Below, one piece after another: positions 58,099-64,000 of a stretch of DNA of 64,000 bases (position 1 is its first letter; each line of letters opens with the position of its first letter). A program made the position numbers and the translations under genes. Source of the DNA: the human T2T-CHM13v2.0 reference genome, Homo sapiens; assembly GCF_009914755.1 (NCBI RefSeq), contig NC_060928.1. The stretch is one strand, 5' to 3'. The notes beneath the pieces are model-generated. The model saw only the letters and a list, made by a program, of their open reading frames with translations. It did not search any database and was not told the origin of the DNA.

Positions 58099-61000
58099 TT
58101 ATTGCTTATTACTGTTATTAGTCTTGCATCTTTTTGTTTGAACTTCTCTGATAAAATTTTGCTCAGTTATGTATTATTTGCCAACATTTTACATTTTATC
58201 AATAATGAATATATGGATCTTGAATTCCAATAAGGTTTTATTTTTTAAAATGTTTAATTTCTTTTATAACTTTCATTTTATTTTGTTTTGTTTGTTTTAT
58301 GATTTCTATTCTCGATGCTCCTAGTGTTTTGTTTTTACTTTATGGACTATGTTTTATTTATATCATTTTTTAACTTTCTAGAAAAGTTGGGCCCTGTGCC
58401 TAATATTTTAAATTTCTCTAAGGGTGATTTTATGGCTATGCTAATTGCTAAATGCTTATGCTAATCTGATTTTTTTTATTACTTTTAAGAATGAGGTAAG
58501 ATCTTGTAATACCTTTGAGAATTGAGATTGCATTTAACTATGAATAACTAGAAATTTAATTACAATTACATATAAAAATACTTTATCTTTCTTACAAACG
58601 AATAAATCTGGAATCAGTTCATTGCTAGCACTAGTTAAGTAAAAGGGGCCAAGGTCTCCAATGTTGGCTTGGCCTTTCCCTAATAGTCTTAAGATGTTGG
58701 TTTAAGTTCAAGTCCTGAGAAAGCTCTGGACAAGGTAAGAAGACAGAGTCATCCAAAGATTTAACAGGAGCATCCCCTTGTCTGAAAGGAGGTAGTTGCT
58801 GGCATTATCTTTTGCTTACAAAAAAAGATGAGCATCTTTTTCTTGTTACCTTTTCCCATCTTCTTCCTAAATTGATTTTTAAATTCTAATTTATTAGATT
58901 TATGTTTAGAGAAAATTCAGTGGTTTGTTTTTAACCTCATCTTTCAGAATTCATTTCTCTGATTTAATATTTATGTTAATTTTTACAAAATTATAATAAT
59001 CATTTAGACAAAACGTAGCTAAATATTCATGTGATGTCTTCTAGTTGTTTCTTTGCTAAATCTCTGGTGAATTGTGATGTATATTTTATATATTTTATTG
59101 TATTAATACCATCATGTTACTTTTTCAAATTTTTGAGTCTCTTTTTTTTAGTCTTTAGAAAATTTTCTTAATGTTGAAAAACTAGAATGGTATTCCACTA
59201 TTGAATTTTGTTGTTGAGAAAACTTCGGCCAATATGATTTTTGTGTACTCATAAGTAACAATTTTTTTGTTACTTGCTTTTCAGTAGCTGGTTTTTCTAT
59301 CTGGATGTGTATATATTATTTTATATTAATTTATTTTTACACAAAAAACATACCTTTTAAGGGTGTTGATTTATGTTTACCAATTTTGAGACATCTCAGT
59401 GAGTCATTGGCATTTATAGGTTTTAGTAATTTTTAAGATCACTGTTTTTTTCATCTGTTCTAGCTTGAATATTGCATCTGCTCCACTAGCTGTGGTTATT
59501 TCTAAATACAATTTAGAAATATATTATATATATATATTTATCTCCTTGTTACCTCCACATTCTATGTGTGGCTCACAAGTTTTTCTTCAGTTTTCTTATT
59601 TATTTCTGCAGCATTAGTTCAGCTCTTCATGATTTATAAAGTTTATTTTAATATGGCTTTGGAGGTATTAATTTCCTTATAATATTTTTCCTCCGATGTA
59701 ATCTTTCAAGCGTTTTAGTAATTTTCCTTTTCAGTTTAATTTGATATTTTATATTATTTTAATTATAACCTCCTTTTTGACACATTCTCAGAAAGTTACA
59801 CCTCCAAAAATTAAAATTATATAATTAAGATTACACCTTTCTTATTACATTGAACTCAAGTTGCGCTTCTTTTATGTTGTAGAATCTTTTCACTTGCAAA
59901 TCTTTGTAGCGGGACCAGTAGTCCACAGTATGGTTTTGTGTGGAGGCTGCTGCCAAACATAGATGACAGTAGCAAAGCTAATCAGACCCGCCCCCCACCC
60001 CTGCTTATGCCCTATCACCACCCAGGAATTTAACTGTGAACGTGGGAAATATTTTCAAGTTTTTTAAAGTGCCAGTGGGAAAAGAGAGACAATATTAGAA
60101 GAGATAAATGAGTAATTTTAAAATTAAAAGAGAAAATTAGAGACCTAAGAAGTACTGTTTGTAATATCCTTAGAGATACTGTCTTGAATTCAGTACCATT
60201 GCTCTATTACAGTTTCTTTCAGGAATGACTATTAGGTTTCTGTAAATTTTCTTTTTATGTGTTGTTCTACATACATTTTTACAATGCAGACTTCTGTCCC
60301 ATGTTGGTTGAGTTAGTTTTATTCCTGATTATTTTTGCTTTGGCATTATGATTAGAAAGAACACTCACAACCCAAAGTCTAAGAATACTTACTAACATTT
60401 GCTGATACACTTGCTGATATTTCTGTAGTTTCAGGTTTTTCATCCTTAGTAAATCTTTATTTATTTGGCCATATGATAAGGTGGTATAACGTAACCGTTT
60501 TTTCTGTTTAAACAACTCACAATTGCCACAATTCTTTAGATTGGCACATCGTACCTCATAACTTATATGCATTATATATTAATATCATTACTAATACTAA
60601 GTAATTGAAATCGAAAATTGGTTGAACTCAAGATGTTTGAGGAAAGGGCATCGTACATTATTTTCTGCCTGAGATACTTTTTCTTACAAGATGCATTTCT
60701 AAGGTCACAGTCTTAAAATAAGCTCTTTCTACTAGATTAAATATAACTTTTAATTGTAGTGGCATTCATACAGTATCTCTAATCAGAACTGTATCTTAGG
60801 TTTATACAAATGTGCTCTAAACATGCAGCTTTAACCTCTACTGATTTCAAGGACCCTGTCATTATGCCATTTTCCAGGGTGAGGTGATTTCTAATTACTG
60901 CACATCCTGATGTTTAATTTCATGTGATAAGCTAGAAACTAATAAATGAATGGTGCTGTTTATCTCCAAGGACACACTAATTTGAATAGAATGGCAGGAA

Positions 61001-61212
61001 AAAAAAACACTTAAGAAATGACAAACGTGAATTTCACAAACAAGATATATACTTAACTGGGGTTTATCTGTAATTTCCTGACAACAAAAAGTAAAACAAA
61101 AGCCTCTTGACCTTTCAAAACTCATAAAAAATAAAATAGGCAAAAATGAAAATGACAACCATTTTGCTGCTGGTTTATATACAGGATTTTTCTTAAATCA
61201 CAAAAATGAACA

Positions 61213-61518
61213 AATTTATTCAAAATATAATTTAATATATTTTAATATATTTAATTTACTCATTAAATATATTTTGTGATTATATTTATGAATAATATAT
61301 TCATAAATATATATGTAAATAATATATTCATAAATATATTATGAATACTATATATTCATGATATATTATGAATACTATACATTCATAATATATTATGAAT
61401 ACTATATATCATGATATATTATGAATACTATACATTCATAATATATTATGAATACTATATATTCATAAATATATTCACTAAATATATTTAATATATTTAA
61501 TTTATTCAAAATATAATT
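61213..61518. repeat. AT-rich self-complementary minisatellite (~28-bp unit) bracketed by a 20-bp direct repeat
   Basis: Unit atattatgaatactatatattcat(g/a)at occurs about 5 times. aatttattcaaaatataatt occurs at 61213-61232 and 61499-61518. Confidence 0.9.
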
Positions 61519-62146
61519 ATAATTTTAAAATGAGAATTTAAAAATATTTAAATGAACATGCAGAGTTAAATTGAAGCACATCTTTTACTATATACCTATT
61601 TTTCAAAATTATTTCTTCAATTTTCCCTGTTCTATTTTTTAAAAAAAGATAAGATCTGCTGATGCTTAATGAATTTTAAATATATAGCTAGTTGTGTATC
61701 TGTGCATATTTATCAGCAGGATAACGAAGGGTTAACAAAACACCTCTCTACTTTGTGTTGTGTACATTTGTGAAGTGCAGGTGTGCTATTTCTGTTGAAG
61801 GAGTTAGAAGTGAGTTGCAAGCTGGCTAAAGAAATGTACATTACATTCAAAAATGGCTTTATATTCCCTGGCTGTTCACTCTTTTGAATGCAAAAAGTAG
61901 TTTTTGCTAACTCTATTTTGCGGCTCATGGAAAGCTGAAAAATCAATAGCTTCAGGTTGATGAAACCTAAATCCATTTGATTCCTTTCCACCATTGCCAT
62001 TATGCAGACAGTCAAGTGTGATGTATTTAGTTCATGCAGTACTTATTACTCTCAAGCACAGCTTCTCATCAGGGAAAAATTAGACCAGATGAGAAGTAAT
62101 CAAGAAATTCTGGAGAGGTTTCAAAGATCTTCCTTCTAACTGCTTC

Positions 62147-62149
<3 letters not shown>

Positions 62150-62182
<33 letters not shown>
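62150..62182 (+). repeat. Pure poly(A)33 tract
   Basis: Read directly from the sequence. No Alu or L1 body lies upstream. Confidence 0.95.
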
Positions 62183-62186
<4 letters not shown>

Positions 62187-62509
62187 TGCTCTCTCAGTCT
62201 TTTGGAAGAAAAAAAATAAACATCTCTACACTCTACCATAAAGCTCTAGAAAGTTCTGTACAATTGCTTCATGTCACTATTTTCTAACAATAGATAATAC
62301 TAGCTGAATAAATGCCAAATTAAGGAATTTTTCCCCTTACTAATGGTACCAGAGCCATCACTCTGGCAGAACTAATGCCAAAGCAAAAATAATCACAAAT
62401 CAATCAGGAATCAGAACAAATAAAAAAACTACTTAAACTGATTTGGGTATTTCATTTTTACTGAATTGGCTATTTAATAGAAAAATAATGTTAAGTGGTT
62501 GTATAATCA

Positions 62510-62745
62510 AAAGGTTAAGAAGATTTGGCAACGGATTGCAGTGGTTCAAATCATACTCCTGTTAATTAGTAGCTTTTTTATAAGTCTTAAACACATTATA
62601 TATCTTTCCTCTCTAATTATGAATTTTATCATATGTAAAAGGGAATTATAGCAGAATCAACCTCAAAATTTTGGTGAGAGAATGAAATGAATAATCAGTA
62701 TAAAACGTTTAGCATAGTAAATATTCAATATGGATTAGTTGTTAA
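62510..62745 (+). mobile_element. MIR
   Basis: ggttcaaatc...tttatcatatgtaaaagggaattatagcag...acctcaaaattttggtgagagaatgaaatgaataat...ttagcatagtaaatattcaata. Confidence 0.75.
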
Positions 62746-62894
62746 TCTCTTACATAGCAATAATTATATTTGAATATCTGGCACCTCTTTTCTATTTTAG
62801 CAATGTTTTGTGACATTCTCATTGAAATTTATAGATACCTAACTGACAAAATCTCCTATACCATCCTGCAATAATGGAAATATTATAAAAATTA

Positions 62895-63030
62895 TTGAAT
62901 GATCATCTAGGCCAGCATCCTATTTTAGTGTTTGAATCCCTGAAGTGTAAGAGAGTCTAAGTGATTTTTCTGAAGTCAAACATCTACTCTTGGTGGAGAT
63001 CCAAGATTAGGATTTGAGTGTTCTGATTTT
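62895..63030 (-). mobile_element. MIR/MIR3 fragment
   Basis: gatcatctaggccagcatcctatttta...agagagtctaagtgatttttctgaagtcaaaca...gatccaagattaggatttgagtgttctga. Confidence 0.6.
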
Positions 63031-64000
63031 TTGAAAGTGTTTTCTTCAGTTTATTTTCACATCTGTGTGTACAACCAAGACTTGTTTTTCGGACAGGAGT
63101 GGAGTAGACAAGTTAACTTCCAGATTGCATATACTAGAATTTAAGATAAGAACTTGATCACTAGACTGTGCATAAAGATTATTCTTTCTAGAAATAGTGC
63201 AAGTGCCTGACCACTTGGGATGAGTTAGTAGTTGGCAAATATCATTGTCTCCTTGACCAATGGGGTGAGAGCCATGATGATAAGAAAAGCCAACTGGAAG
63301 GTACTGAAGTCCCAAGCAGACAAGATAGTCAAATAAAGCAATGTTGAATCTCAGGAAGAAATTAATCTACCATCATAAACCTTTAGGATGTTGGAGATGT
63401 GGTCGCTAGTATTTTTATGATCAATTCAACTGTGTTGATTTTGCACAAACCAGATAGTTTGTAACAAAAGATGGTGGATTATCATAATTTTAATCAAACA
63501 TGAGCCCCAATCACTTTTGCAGTTCTAAATGAGGTACTTTTACCTAAAGATATCAAAACAGGCTTGGAAACTCAGTGTGCTTCTATACATATAACAAATG
63601 TATCATTTTCACTATTAGTTGAGATGAAAAAAAATTGCCTTTTGTGACAAGAATAGGAGGGCAACAATTATTTTATCTAAAGGATATATTAATTTTACTT
63701 TTGCCTGTTCAAAGATAATATGAAGTACCTCAATTTGGTGTTCTGCAGAATTTCACACATTTCATGATTACATGATGAAAAATTGGATCTAGTGAGTAGG
63801 CAATGGTATATATTTATTATGCCATGCTAGGACATGTAAATGACTGTCTATGTGAAATGAACTGTACAAAGATTCAGAGACATGCCATATTAATGAAAGG
63901 TTTTAAGGGTTGCTCAGCTAGGATGGCTGGTACAAAATGGGGGACTGGTGGAGTTTGTCCAGAATTTAAGAGATTCACTGAATTGTCTCTTTGCAGTTCT

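Noticed and set aside
58640-58680. Terminator-like hairpin ggccaag...cttggcc followed by Ts
   Set aside because: A 7-bp stem is expected by chance in 64 kb, and intrinsic terminators are not relevant in this eukaryotic context.
63046-63315. 89-aa ORF or possible exon (ttcttcag...gaag|gtactg)
   Set aside because: Non-ATG start and no recognised homology. It could be a lncRNA exon, but sequence alone cannot support that.

Overview
This is AT-rich primate genomic DNA, almost certainly human, because it contains a diagnostic AluYa5. It reads like a gene desert or a deep intron. I recognise no protein-coding exon, RNA gene, CRISPR array or other microbial-type system. Nearly all listed ORFs are translations of LTR12C, Alu, L1 or low-complexity sequence, and the only real protein motifs are broken L1 ORF2p endonuclease and reverse-transcriptase remnants. 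The window is a layered record of transposable elements: two minus-strand LTR12C (ERV9) LTRs, a near full-length L1PB1 whose 5'UTR hosts one of them, other L1s, about 12 Alus, several older LTRs (THE1/MST, LTR40, MER4A, MLT1), Tigger3b, MER107, L2, MIR, L3/CR1, HAL1 and microsatellites. The most notable items are the co-oriented LTR12C inside the L1 5'UTR, a young and possibly polymorphic AluYa5, an apparently twin-primed L1MA, and a self-complementary AT-rich VNTR bracketed by a 20-bp direct repeat. I found no evidence for a novel biological system. Subfamily names come from my recall of Repbase/Dfam consensus sequences, not from a search, and boundaries of old elements are approximate.
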